Shown: positions 13,698 to 26,072 of the stretch, piece after piece
How the letters are laid out: each line of letters begins with the position of its first letter
How positions within the stretch are numbered: position 1 is the first letter of the stretch
Assembly (NCBI RefSeq): GCF_902652985.1
Contig: NC_047027.1
Coordinates: 26,660,001 to 26,724,000 of the forward strand
DNA length: 64,000 nucleotides
DNA from: Pecten maximus
Lineage: Eukaryota
Reading direction: 5' to 3'
Program-made: the position numbers and the translations under genes
The notes under the pieces: generated by a model
Seen by the model: the letters and a program-made list of their open reading frames with translations, nothing else
What the model was told of the DNA's origin: nothing
Database searches by the model: none

Positions 13698-16600
13698 AGA
13701 AAAATATTTATTTCAAAAACATATCTTTAAGATGACTGTCATATTCTGACAATTGGTTAGCCGAATCACTTCGGCTCCAGATGTATTTTCTTTCTGTTTG
13801 TGGGTTTTAAGACTGTCCAAATGACAGATTCTAGACGAAAACAAAATCAACATTGTCATCAATTTGCCGCCTCGAAGAGGTTTCAAATGCGTTGAAACTG
13901 ATATCTTTTCTTGATCTGACAATATAACCTCCACTTGGAGGCCACTGATTCCATTTGACACGTAGGTTATGATGGCGCGTCAATTAATACTACTGTCACT
14001 TCTGCACCTATATGTACACTGACAGATCGAAGGAAATGAGTCGGTACTGTCTGCTGCTCTGCCAACTTCTCCCCAAACCCAGGAACCTCCATACGACTCT
14101 GAGACGGTGTTTCAAATTTCCTTAGCAGAGGAGTCTGCATTTGATTCAACTCATGACCATATTCAGAAGTGCGTATGCTCAGATTCACGGTCTGCCCTTC
14201 TTAGTATGAAGTTCCGTGATTTAAAAAAATATATCTATACTCTGTATTAACAAGATTTTAAAGAAATATCAAATTACTCTCCCCTTGATACCGGGACATG
14301 TCGGTATACGAGGAAATGCGAGAGGCGGCATTGCAGCCATGGGTACTCTTAACAAGCAACCGTCCTCAATGATACTGCCACATACATAATCAAACAGACA
14401 AATTAATATTCCATGCAAGATCATTGGCAGCAGCGGTGGATTCTTGTAACAAACAATAAAATATTCTAATTCATGTCAAATATGGTGCACACCTTCAAAA
14501 ACAAAAACGTCAAAGTGTGGAACGAAATATATTTGTGAACAACTTTTCCAGGTACGGATATGACTCCTTTCCCTACCGTGATATTAGATCTAATTTTCGA
14601 ATATGTGAAAATGATCAATTTTTTAGATAGATAATTATATAGCCATATTTTCCATTGGTTCCATTCTTAACAATCATCTTTCGAAAACATTGAATCTAAC
14701 AAACATTTATGTTTTTGCAAGTTATCTGCACTGTTTTAACCCCTTTTAATATGTAGACGACTTGACCACGTGCCATTAACTCAAACAGTTTCAAAATTCC
14801 AAATAACCAAATCGTTTTAAAATTCCATATACACGCTGCTCAATATTGTTGTGCACAAAATGACGATAGCTGTTCGGAAACATAAGCAATCAATTAGTTC
14901 CAAAAAGAACATAGGGACTACTATTACCCCAACGCACGCCTGTCAAAACATGATAACCCTACACCAAAGGATGTAACAGACCAAATATGGAGCATGCTCT
15001 TTCCTTTTTATGATAGAGTAATCATTCCAAAGAACCTTCAGTAAATTCCCTAATTCGATCCCGACCCTCAGACCCCGCGTGGACCAGACCACCATTCATT
15101 CTGATCCCCTCCTTCATAGGATGCTTATAAACAAATTATATGTACTTAACCCTTATATTCCTTAAGAGGAAGAATGCTTTTAAAGAATTTCACGTTTTCG
15201 TAGGGTGTCCCCCAACACAGATCCAAGGAGACCATATCCAGCGTTAATACACAATTTGTTGTATTTCCCCTACAAGGTTCCGTCCCTCCTGTTGCAATAT
15301 CCAAACCTATCATTGGTACAGAATTGACAATTGCCCTTAGATCGAATAGGGTAACAATACTAACATTCCTACAGAAGAAAGAATTTTAAATATTTGTTCT
15401 ATTTCCCATTTTCCGTCCTGTCCCTGGGGTCCCTGGGGCCGAGGGAGACGGTTTTATACAACATAGATCCCCCTTCAACATAAAATATTTCAAGCCGAAT
15501 TGGAGCCAAATCTTGTCATTCGTTTTGAAGAAATAGTAAATTCACAGAACGTGTTGTCTTATTTGGCTAAATCGTTCTGGTCAAACAAACCGAGTTCCGC
15601 TGCCCCGTAAAACCTTTTGGTTTATATTGTTCAACGTCCTGTTAACAGCCAATGTATTTTAAGGATTAAAAAACGTGACAGACAATGTCCAGACGACAGA
15701 CGACTGACGGCGCGCTACGCATGTGGGTTAATGTTGCATTTATAATTAAAAAGAACAAAAATCGTCATGTTTTATATAAATTCAATATTTAATGATTTCC
15801 CGGTAAGTTCTGTTTGTTTTCTTGATCGGATTTTAATGTTAGGTGTCCAACGTCTTTATCGCGATGTTTTCGTCGGTCCTCCTGTTCTCGCGTGGTCACG
15901 TGACCGGCACGAAGGACTACATTAACACTTGGTCGGTAACTATGGCCAGAGCACCCGACCAACGTATTTTGTCGTACAAACAAATATGATGCACTTATTC
16001 ATCGTGCTAAGAAACCGAGAAAAAGTGCTGTACATTCTTCTATTTATTCAAGTATGGTTACATAACGGCGTTATAAACTGGTGTTAATTGAAGAAGTGCC
16101 GGTTAATTGACTACTTTTTAAGTAATTTTGACGATGTTTGTCATTTTCGTAAGAATGTACAGCACTTTTCGTTGTTCTCATACAATTACCTTCACGCTCT
16201 TACCTGTTTCATAAGTATTGATTTAGGGTAGTCGGGTGCTCTAGGACGATTCATAGAGCAAGTGTTAATGTTCATTCTCCAATATTGGAACTCTTCAGTG
16301 TTTTAAGTATCGAAATCGGCATATAGAAACGAACAAACGTTAATAAACGAATGCAATGGATCGTAATTAATTCAAATAATTATTTACAGATGATTTCCAA
16401 AGACATAAGGTATAGTTAGACGTTTTCGGCTGTACATGCAAGTTTGTAAATTCGACACTGTGATAAAACCACCGTCCTCGTCGTTGCCATGACAGCCGAT
16501 CGAAGCTCCGATCACGAATGCACTGTCAAAGTGACAGTTGAAGTATTTTTCGCAACATGCCGTTTAAACTTAAAATTACATTCACAACTCATATTGATTG

Positions 16601-17429
16601 GGGTTGTTTAATCATACCTGATCAATTGAATTGTAAGAAAACTAACAAAAACACTAAAAAACACAGAATGAAGCCTTCGTGTCAGGCAGTGCAGACGCAA
16701 CGCGGGATCTGTAAACAATGTGACGTCATTGGAATGTACAAGTTGCAACAATGTACAACAATGTATTTTTTACATGAATACACTAATGAGCAACAAAACG
16801 GGACGCAACATTAACCCACATGCGTATGCCATTATCTCAAATCAGCTCTTCAAGTCAGACGTGCATCAAAAAGCATACCAAAATATGCCTTCCAGAATAA
16901 TGTGATACAAAACGTGTAATAACGCCGCATGCAACAAAAACCCTGGTGACACATTATTCAGACACCATTATAAGCAGTTGCATACCCGTACGTGTAATGG
17001 AATCATACTTACCTTGTTTGTTCGCCAGTTGTCCAGTAATTGTTAAATTGGTGAAAATACAGAATCTTCTGAAAAACACATGGTTAATCCTCAAGGTTAT
17101 TTGTAAAACTGATTCATTTTACCGACACGTCACAAACTTAACTTTCAATCAAGGGAGCATGTGGGACGAAAACCAATAATATCGCATGTCACATATCCCA
17201 TACACAAATGATATTTGATTTGGTAAGACTACCTGTTGTAATTCACCTGGGATGGGAGGGGCGGGGCCAAATATGGAAAACAGGGATAAATCCTTAATTC
17301 AGACATCTTTAAATATTTCAAATCGCTACTTACATGTAATGCGTTTGATCAAATATTGACTATATAATAGTTTCCAGGTAATCTAAGTCCAGATTTGGAA
17401 ATGAAATTTGTGAGGCCTCCAGGTTTTTT

Positions 17430-17730
17430 CACTCACTCTTAGCTCTACGGGTCATGCTTGGATCATTTGCAACAAGTTTGGCTATAACTGGCACGAGAAC
17501 ATTTGAAGGAAGTACTTCTTTAAAGAAAGTACATTTCTTCAAACGACCATGGTATGCCTCGACAACCCAACGAGTTTTATAACACGTTCTGTCTTCATTT
17601 GCCTGGAATGTATAAACTTGGGATTTTCCAGCAGGCAGAAAGGATGGCATCTTTGCATCACACCCCATCTCAACAAGAACATCAAGGACATCCCTGAACT
17701 CACGATCAACTATGACATTGTCATGATTTG
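17430..17730 (-). pseudogene. DDE_Tnp_4 (ISL2EU/Harbinger-group) transposase fragment
   Basis: NVIVDREFRDV..MPSFLPAGKSQ..QANEDRTCYKTRWVVEAYHGRLKK resembles the DRGFRD..MP.FL..Q...EAN.SR..TK.RWVVE..NGR.K catalytic C-half. N-terminus missing. Confidence 0.7.
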
Positions 17731-17744
17731 CAAGCAAAAACTTC

Positions 17745-17912
17745 AGCCTTTTATCGGCCAGGGGACAGAATCCAAAGCTTTCCTCACAGGGGTGAACGCT
17801 CAACTAAAGGCCAAAAGTGAGGCATTGTCAAGGGAGACATTAGGAAGAAGAAAGTTGCTAAGAACGAAAAGATCATGCAATGGTGTGCAACAGGTACAAT
17901 TCTTACTCCCGA
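17745..17912. repeat. Dispersed repeat fragment (second diverged copy at ~29530-29690)
   Basis: AACTAAAGGCCAA.AGT....TGTCAAGGGAGACATTAGGAAGA...ATCATGCAAT...CAGGTACA shared by both loci. Confidence 0.7.
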
Positions 17913-19887
17913 GCTCCAGGTCTTTTTTTTCTTTTTTTAAAAAAAAACCTCCCTGCAGATTGCTGTAAATATTATGACAACTTTACTGGTTTTGATTTTT
18001 TTTTTAAATCTTCACCATATATATTTTACATGATGGTCCAAATAATTGCCAAATATTTTGGGTGTACAAGAACCGGAAGTAGTTGTACCAGTTCCGTAAA
18101 AAGTGAACATGGCTTAAAAGCGGCTTAAATATTTAGGTATTTTGGGGTTTAAGACTGTGTAATTTTTCTAATAGATATTTTTGTTGCATAAATGCATCTA
18201 TGATCTGCAGTTAATATCACTCTAGAGAGCTTTGAATCAAAAGAAGTTAAATGTGCGTTATTTTGACTAAAAATGGAACCCTGTCACACTCCCATGTAGG
18301 GTGATATAAAAATGGTCATGGAACAGGCCCCTTGGACCTTTTGAATTTTAAAAATATATTTCATGGGTTGTCTCATATAGTACTACATATACCACCCGGT
18401 AATCATTAAATTGGCTCGTGGGCAAAAATCAATGTCACATGTAACAGGTCCTTTAACAAAATGTATTGTACCCGACTGGAGAAATGGTATCATTTTGTCT
18501 CTGGAGAATGCGTCGGTGAAGTGAACTTAAACTTTTATTTCAATGTAATTGTGTACTTCTTTTGGCAGGGGATGAAGCCCGATCTTGGGTCTCTTTTTCT
18601 GTCAGTTGATACGGCCGAATAGTTGGTCTGTCCTTCTGGTATGGGATGCTGACCAATAGTTGGTATATCCCTCTTCTAGAAGGGGATGCAGCTCAATAAG
18701 GGACTTACAAGGGCAGCTTGAAATTACTTTGGAAGAGGAACTTTTAATGCATATATTGACCATATTTGAGTACATGCAGTTTTTAAATAAATGATTGGTC
18801 TGTCCTCCAGGGCAGGTCCAATATGGAAAATAAATCATTTTTTATTGCTATATTTCTTACGACCTGTTTTCAGTCTTCAATATGGACCAACAGATAAGTT
18901 ACAATTGTTTTTAATGTTCAGTGCTTTAAGACAGACTTTGCTATGAACTTGGAACTAAATTTTGGTTGTAAGAAAATGCTACCTCCCCTAATGGTATTCA
19001 CAGAGGGGGAAAGGCATCAATAGGTGTTTGATGTTTAGGCATGATCACTTGAATACACCTATGGATTTCTTTGTTTCTTTATTAAGAATTAAGACAAAAA
19101 CTTGTTAACGAAATAATACAGTTAGCATATATAGTACGTCTCAAATCCGCATACCTTGACAAGCACTTATATAAACCAACCTGATATGGACTAATAATAT
19201 TAATTTGGCTAGTGTGAATGTAATATACCGTCAGTTAGTCAGAAAGACTGTTGAAATATGTCGTGTGTTCGAAAGGAATGTACATCTATAGCAATACCTC
19301 AAGTGGAATTAGCAATTCATTACAATTCATTGATTAGGGAAAATCAAATGAATATTTTATAGTATCATTTCAATACAACTATAATGGAGGTTAAATTGAA
19401 AAGAGAAGTTTATATAGATATCATTCTTCATAACTATACAGCAGAGATGAAGTAATCCTATACTAACATAGATTTGATAATTGATTTCTGTTTTGGCTCT
19501 ATGTAGCATTGCTATTTATAAAGATGTCTCATCCATTGTTAATATTACCAATCAAACGTTCGGATGGTTTGCAAACCATTTCAAATACACCCACGAAGCT
19601 GTATATAGCTTTTGATTAAATATTGTCTAGAACATAAATGAGCGACGGAAACGGAGGGTGTGAACCCACTGGTACTTCAGAAGAGGGCTCAAAGGGGGAA
19701 AATAGATGAAAGCCCTTAATAGCGCTGCTAAACATGAATAACTGAATACATTTTTGCTGCATATCGGTATTCAGCGAAATTGCGAAAAAGAAAAAAAATA
19801 AGACATAGATTGTGGTGCTAACCTTGGGTCGGAGCGACAAAGGTGAAATATTTGTAAATTATTTTTAATCGCTTCTTGTCAACAACT

Positions 19888-22800
19888 TGTCACTCGTCAC
19901 TCAGGAAGTGTGTCATTAGTGTGTATGTCACTCGTCTGGCGGGCGATGTGGGTCATTAGTTGGTCTGTCACTCGTCTGGCAGGGGATATGGGTCATAAGT
20001 GGGTCTGCCAACCGTCTGGCGGGGGATATGAGTCATTAGTGGGTCTGTCACTCACCTGGCTGGGATGTGGGTCATTAGTGTGTCGGTCACTCGTCTGGCG
20101 AGGGATGTGAGTCATTAGTGGGTATGTCACTCGTCAGGCGGGGAATATGGGTCATTAGAGGGTATTTCACTCGTCTGGCGAGGGATATGAGTCATTAGTG
20201 TGTCTGTCAATCGTCTGGCGGGGGATGTAGGTCATTAGTGAGTCTGTCACTCGTCTGGTGGTAGATGTGGGTCATCAGTGAGTCTGTAACTCGTCTGGTG
20301 GTAGATATGGGTCATTAGAGGGTATGTCACTCGTCTGGCGGGGGATATGGGTCATTAGTGTCTATGTCACTCGTCAGGCGGGAGATATGGGTCATTAGTG
20401 GGTCTGTCACTCGTTTGGCGGGGATCTATGGTATAAGTGGGTTTGTCACTCGTCAAACAGGGGATTTGTGTCATAAGTGTGTCTGTCATCGTGCGGCGGG
20501 GGATGTGGGTCATTAGTGTGTCTGTCATTCGCCTGGTGAGAGATGTGTGTCATTAGTGTGTCTGTCATTCGCCTGGTGAGAGATGTGGGTCATTAGTGTG
20601 TCTGTCACTCGTCTGGCGGGGAATGTGGGTCATCAGTGAGTCTGTAACTCGTCTGGTGGGGGATGTTTGTCATTAGTGAGTCACTCACTCGTCTGGCGGG
20701 GGATGTGTGTCATTAGTGGGTATGCCACTCGTCAGGCGGGGGATGTGATTCATTAGTGGGTCTGTCACTCGTGCGGCGGGGGATGTGTGTCATTAGTGAG
20801 ACTGTCACTCGTCTGGCGGGGATGTGTGTCATTAGTGGGTCTGTCACTCGTCCGGCGGGGGATGTGGGTCATTAGTGGGTCTGTCACTCGTCTGGCGGGG
20901 ATGTGTGTCATTAGTGTGTCTGTCACTCGTCTGGCGGGGATGTGTGTCATTAGTGAGTCTGTCACTCGTCAGGCGGGGATGTGGGTCATTAGTGGGTCTG
21001 TCACTCGTCTGGCGGGGGATATGGGTCATTAGTGTGTCTGTCACTCGTCTGGCGGGGATGTGTGTCATTAGTGAGTCTGTCACTCGTCTGGTGGGATATG
21101 GGTCATTAGTGGGTCTGTCACTCGTCGGCGGGGGATATGGGTCATTAGTGTGTCTGTCACTCGTCTGGCGGGGATGTGTGTCATTAGTGAGTCTGTCACT
21201 TGTCTGGTGGTAGATATGGGTCATTAGTGTGTCTGTAACTCGTCAGGCGGGAGATATGGGTCATTAGTGTGTCTGTCACTCGTTTGAGGGGGTGATGTGT
21301 GTCATGAGAGTGTCTGTCACTCGTCTGGTGGGGATGTGTGTCATAAGTGGGTCTGTCACTCGTCTGGCGGAGATGTGGGTCATTAGTGGGTATGTCACTG
21401 GTCTGGCGGGTGATGTGTGTCATTAGTGGGTCTGTCACTCGTCTGGCGGGGGATATGAGTCATTAGTGGGTCTGTAAATCGTCTGGCGAGGGATGTGGGT
21501 CATTGTGGGTCTGTCACTCGTCTGGTGGTAGATATGGGTCATTAGTGTGTCTGTCACTCGTCAGGCGGGAGATATGGGTCATTAGTGGGTCTGTCACTCG
21601 TCTGGTGGTAGATATGGGTCATTAGTGTGTCTGTAACTCGTCAGGGCGGGAGATGTGTGTCATTAGTGGGTATGTCACTCGTCTGGCTGGGGATATGAGT
21701 CATTAGTGGGTCTGTAAATCGTCTGGCGAGGGATGTGGGTCATTGTGGGTCTGTCACTCGTCTGGTGGTAGATATGGGTCATTAGTGTGTCTGTCACTCG
21801 TCAGGCGGGAGATATGGGTCATTAGTGGGTATGTCACTCGTCTGGCGGGAGATGTATGGTATTAGTGGGTTTGTCACTCGTCAAACAGGGGATTTGTGTC
21901 ATAAGTGTGTCTGTCTCTTGTGCGGCGGGGGATGTATGTCATTAGTGTGTCTGTAACTCGTCAGGCGGGATATATGGGTCATTAGTGGGTCTGTCACTCG
22001 TCTGAAGGGGGATGTGTGTCATTAGTGTGTCTGTCACTCGTCTGAAGGGGGATGTGTGTCATTTGTGTGTCTGTCACTCGTCTGGCGGTAGATATGGGTC
22101 ATTAGTGTGTCTGTAACTCGTCAGGCGGGAGATATGGGTCATTAGTGTGTCTGTCACTCGTCAGGCGGGATATATGGGTCATTAGTGTGTCTGTCACTCG
22201 TCTGAAGGGGGATGTGTGTCATTAGTGTGTCTGTCACTCGTCTGAAGGGGGATGTGTGTCATTTGTGTGTCTGTCACTCGTCTGGCGGTAGATATGGGTC
22301 ATTAGTGTGTCTGTAACTCGTCAGGCGGGAGATATGGGTCATTAGTGTGTCTGTCACTCGTCTGAAGGGGGATGTGTGTCTGTCACTCGTCTGGTGGGGA
22401 TGTGTGTCATAAGTGGGTCTGTCACTCGTCTGGCGGGGATGTGGGTCATTAGTGTGTCTGTCACTCGTCTGGCGGGGATGTGGGTCATTAGTGTGTCTGT
22501 CACTCGTCTGGCGGGTGATGTGTGTCATTAGTGGGTATGTCACTCGTCTGGCGGGGGATACGAGTCATTAGTTGGTATGTCACTCGTCTGGCGGGGGATA
22601 TGGGTCATAAGTGGGTCTGTCACTCGTTAGGCGGGTGATGTGTGTCATTAGTGGGTACGTCACTCGTCTGGCGGGGGATATGAGTCATTAGTGGGTATGT
22701 CACTAGTCTGGCGGGAGATATGGGTCATTAGTGGGAATGTCACTCGTCTGGCGGGGGATATGAGTCATTAGTGTGTCTGTCAATCGTCTGGCGGGGGATG

Positions 22801-22930
22801 TGGGTCATTAGTGGGTCTGTCACTCGTTTGGCGGGGGATGTGTGTCATTAGTGAGTCTGTCACTCGTCTGGTGGTAGATATGGGTCATTAGTGTGTCTGT
22901 CACTCGTCAGGCGGGAGATATGGGTCATTA
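19888..22930. repeat. 40-bp G-rich minisatellite, ~75 units
   Basis: Consensus GTCACTCGTCTGGCGGGGGATGTGGGTCATTAGTGGGTCT. Ends abruptly at the truncated LTR. Confidence 0.95.
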
Positions 22931-23553
22931 GTAGCAACATCCAGCAAAGTAACACCTAACACTCTCTGGCTTGAACTCCCCCTCGAACTGCAACTAACTC
23001 CTTGCACTCCACGAACTCCCTCTCTGAACTGAACTCCCCCTCCGCTCTCGCTTTCACCCCTTTTATACCAAAACCTAACGGAGCGCTACCGGAGCGCTAC
23101 CGGAGCGCCACCGGAGCGCCGGAGCCCTGCCGGAGCCCTGCCGGAGCGGTGCCCACCTGTACCGGAGCCTTCCGCTCCGGTGACTTAAATGTGTAAATAA
23201 CAATGTACATAACACTTAGAAAACAATTAGCCGCGAGTAAATGTTGACCATGTGTAATATAGATGGGGCATCGCTGGAGCTCCCAGACAGGTCCAGCCAT
23301 TTGTAGTGGATAATAGGGATGAGAGGCGATTAATACCTCTCTGACAGGGGCAATAAACATGAACGGGGGCTGGGCAGACGATTACTGCCACGGGCGTGGT
23401 GAATTGATTACTTCACGGGATATCATCCCGACGTGTCCCTCCCATCTAATTACCAACGATCAACAGATTGACGGGCTATTAAAATTCCTAAAGCAAAGAT
23501 GGTATAACAGAAAATCATAGAAAAATACTTCACTAATATAGAAAAATACTACA
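22931..23553 (-). repeat. 3' LTR (terminal 233 bp missing)
   Basis: Aligns to 26306-26745 + 27627-27792 with ~3 substitutions, a CCGGAGC-repeat copy-number difference and one small indel. Confidence 0.9.
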
Positions 23554-23566
23554 CTTCCCCCTCCTT
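23554..23566 (-). promoter_or_regulatory. Polypurine tract
   Basis: Minus strand AAGGAGGGGGAAG immediately before the LTR start TGTAG. Confidence 0.85.
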
Positions 23567-24776
23567 AGAAACACTGAACCTCCACTGTTCAGCTAACCAC
23601 ATTCTCGCTCGTTCTCTCCAAATGATAATGAGCAAAATATGAAATATGTACAGGATATACATGTTGTCTACATAACACATATCAAAAACTCTATAATTAT
23701 CGCACGAAAAGATGGTCAAAATAATTGACCTGAATAAACAACCACTAAATAAAACTACAGCTACACTAAAACACATCGCATGGGCGTGCGTCGATGTTAA
23801 CTACAATAACACATCGCATGGGCGTGGATACCCGTCGATGTTAACCATAATACTAAACTACATAAATCAGCAAAATGTTTATCTTACGATTCTCATATCT
23901 CGGTATTTATACACACCATTCCAGAACATACTGTGCAATTATTAGGGTAACGCACACAACTTATTTATCAATATCAGGAAAATGTATTTCTCAGTTCATG
24001 AATCTACACACGGCTTTCGTAACATACTATTAAATAACTTACACACACTTGCAAAGGTAAACATCCCGAAGGAACAGTTCAGGAGGTAAATGTTTTTTAC
24101 TGTTACTGTTAATAATCCAAAGAATGTCACAGTTTAATGTTGGTAATAATCCAAGGAATGTCACAGTTTAATTTGATAATCCAGATGAATGTCACAGCTT
24201 AATCTAAATAATCCAGAGTCACAGTTTTCAATATCAATCCAAAGGAAAGTTACGGGAATGTCATAATTGTTACTTATTCCGCATTAAGTAGACAGATCTT
24301 CAAGGTAACATTGTGCAAGGTATTTGTTTATTGAGTTTCCTTCTCCGTCTAACACCTCCCGGTGATTCATATCCACTTTCGGGTTCTGTTTCTTGCTCTT
24401 CATTAAACTTGTGTGGTTGAATACGATTTGATGTATCCCTCATTAGCCGCTCTGTATCGTCAAAATCACTACAAGTTGTTGTTTCTTCAGATACATTTGG
24501 CTCCGGTTTACCGATGTCGGGCAATTTTTGGTACCGGTTCCGTTCATCGGCAGTGTTTGACCCGTCATTGGCTACGGGCTTTTTACGATTTTGTGGGCTA
24601 TGGAGTGTTCGGTAATACCTATTGTACCTTATGTGTTTTTCCGTTTCCCGACAAGGGGATCGGATGTTTTCTCTGGTACAGTTGGTTATCCGACTATCCC
24701 CTCTTCACTTAACCGTGTTTGTCCGGCGATTACCTTGTATATTGGTCGTTTAACTGATTCGATCGGACCAAGACCT

Positions 24777-26021
24777 TCATTGTCCAAAACTACAGTTAAA
24801 TATGTCTCGCCGTGCACCACCATCACGTGCATGGTTCCTCCTCGGCCTTTTCCTCGCACTCCACCTATTCCTGGGGAAACGTGGACTGTGGGCTCTCTGT
24901 TCCACGTCCGAAACAACGGACATATTAGGTCTTATAGTAGACTTGTTATATCTCCGTAGTTCTCTCTCATGAATTCGTATGCATTCCTCGTGCATAGCGT
25001 TGGTAACCGCCTCGGTTATACTTCTAGGTTTGGTTCTCCTAACCGCTAAGCGAAACTCTACAGACTCACTACATTTATCTAGAAAAGCCTGGAGTGTATG
25101 TTCTTCCACCAGATCAGGTTTGTCCCGATAGGCTCGCCGGTATAAATCTTCCAGGGCTTGGCCAAAATCTCGAAGTGATTCTCTCTTATTCCGGCGTCGT
25201 AGTTTGGCTTCAGCCACATACTTTTCTTTCATGGCTTTAAATCCAAATCTGTCATCCATTTTTTCCAACAAACGGTTATAGGTACGTTTGCATGACGGTT
25301 GGAGACCGTATACATATGATGCAGCCTGGCCACGTAACGTGCTCAATAACACACGCCTTTTCTGTTCCTCATTCCACATACTCAGTTCGACCAGATTTTC
25401 AAAATATTCAAGGAATTCTGGCCATATATCTGTACTTTTTCCAGTAAAAGTTCTCCGTATTGGGTATTCATGATGCCAAGCTCTCTGGAACGGAAAGTTA
25501 CTGCATTGCGGGCATAGTTTTGCCTGGCGTCCATCAGCGTAAGGCACGTCATCAAGCCACTTCTCGTCTTCTGAATGATGACTGTCGTTATTAAACTCAT
25601 TGTTTTTTCTTGACAGTCCTCTAATTCTGACAATTAGCACGGCTATGATACACAACACCAGACATAAAAGCCCAATATGTCCTGCTTGCCTAGTACGTCG
25701 CTGCAGGGTGTCGAGATTGAACACAATGATACTGGATACATAATCGTAGCTCCAATACACCAAATGCACAGCTAGTCCAGATAGTAATACTATTAGGGAC
25801 AGTGTGCACATCACGAGCGAACAACAATCGTTTGTTGAGCGATCTCGACCGGACATGGTAACTTCTTTCAGTCCTTTATCATGACGGCTCCTATTCAGAG
25901 GAGTTCTAGCCGCCCGATACCTTCCAACTCTAGGTGTGCTGGTGTCACGTGGATAAAATGGCGATCCATCGAATTTTGAATCCGCCAAATGTTCGTTGAT
26001 GAGAGACTTGTCCTGCTCCAT
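24777..26021 (-). CDS. gag: Gag/capsid protein (414 aa from first ATG) with two N-terminal predicted transmembrane helices
   Basis: Ty3/gypsy capsid pattern TFTGKSTDIWPEFLEYFENLVELSMWNEEQKRRVLLSTLRGQA...LLEKMDDRFG...RRRNKRESLRDFGQALEDLYRRAY. ATG 30 nt after PBS. Hydrophobic segments SLVMCTLSLIVLLSGLAVHLVYW and AGHIGLLCLVLCIIAVLIV. Confidence 0.85.
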   Translation of the reverse strand: MEQDKSLINEHLADSKFDGSPFYPRDTSTPRVGRYRAARTPLNRSRHDKGLKEVTMSGRDRSTNDCCSLVMCTLSLIVLLSGLAVHLVYWSYDYVSSIIVFNLDTLQRRTRQAGHIGLLCLVLCIIAVLIVRIRGLSRKNNEFNNDSHHSEDEKWLDDVPYADGRQAKLCPQCSNFPFQRAWHHEYPIRRTFTGKSTDIWPEFLEYFENLVELSMWNEEQKRRVLLSTLRGQAASYVYGLQPSCKRTYNRLLEKMDDRFGFKAMKEKYVAEAKLRRRNKRESLRDFGQALEDLYRRAYRDKPDLVEEHTLQAFLDKCSESVEFRLAVRRTKPRSITEAVTNAMHEECIRIHERELRRYNKSTIRPNMSVVSDVEQRAHSPRFPRNRWSARKRPRRNHARDGGARRDIFNCSFGQ

Positions 26022-26050
26022 AGTAAAAACTGGTGTGAAATGTCTCAACT

Positions 26051-26070
26051 GAATCCCACCGCTGCCACCA
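26051..26070 (-). promoter_or_regulatory. Primer-binding site, tRNA-Leu
   Basis: Minus TGGTGGCAGCGGTGGGATTC, 2 nt after the LTR end, complementary to the metazoan tRNA-Leu 3' end GAATCCCACCGCTGCCA-CCA. Confidence 0.9.
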
Positions 26071-26072
26071 AT

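Noticed and set aside
7665-14188. Cys-containing minus-strand ORF pieces on both sides of the piggyBac-like element (7665-8007, 13698-14188) as one interrupted gene
   Set aside because: The joined sequence still has several stops and frameshifts and no recognisable domain; cannot be supported without a search.
19888-22930. CRISPR-like regular array (also 34125-35290, 40870-42962, 47505-48285)
   Set aside because: Head-to-tail units without unique spacers, no cas genes, eukaryotic context: these are minisatellites.
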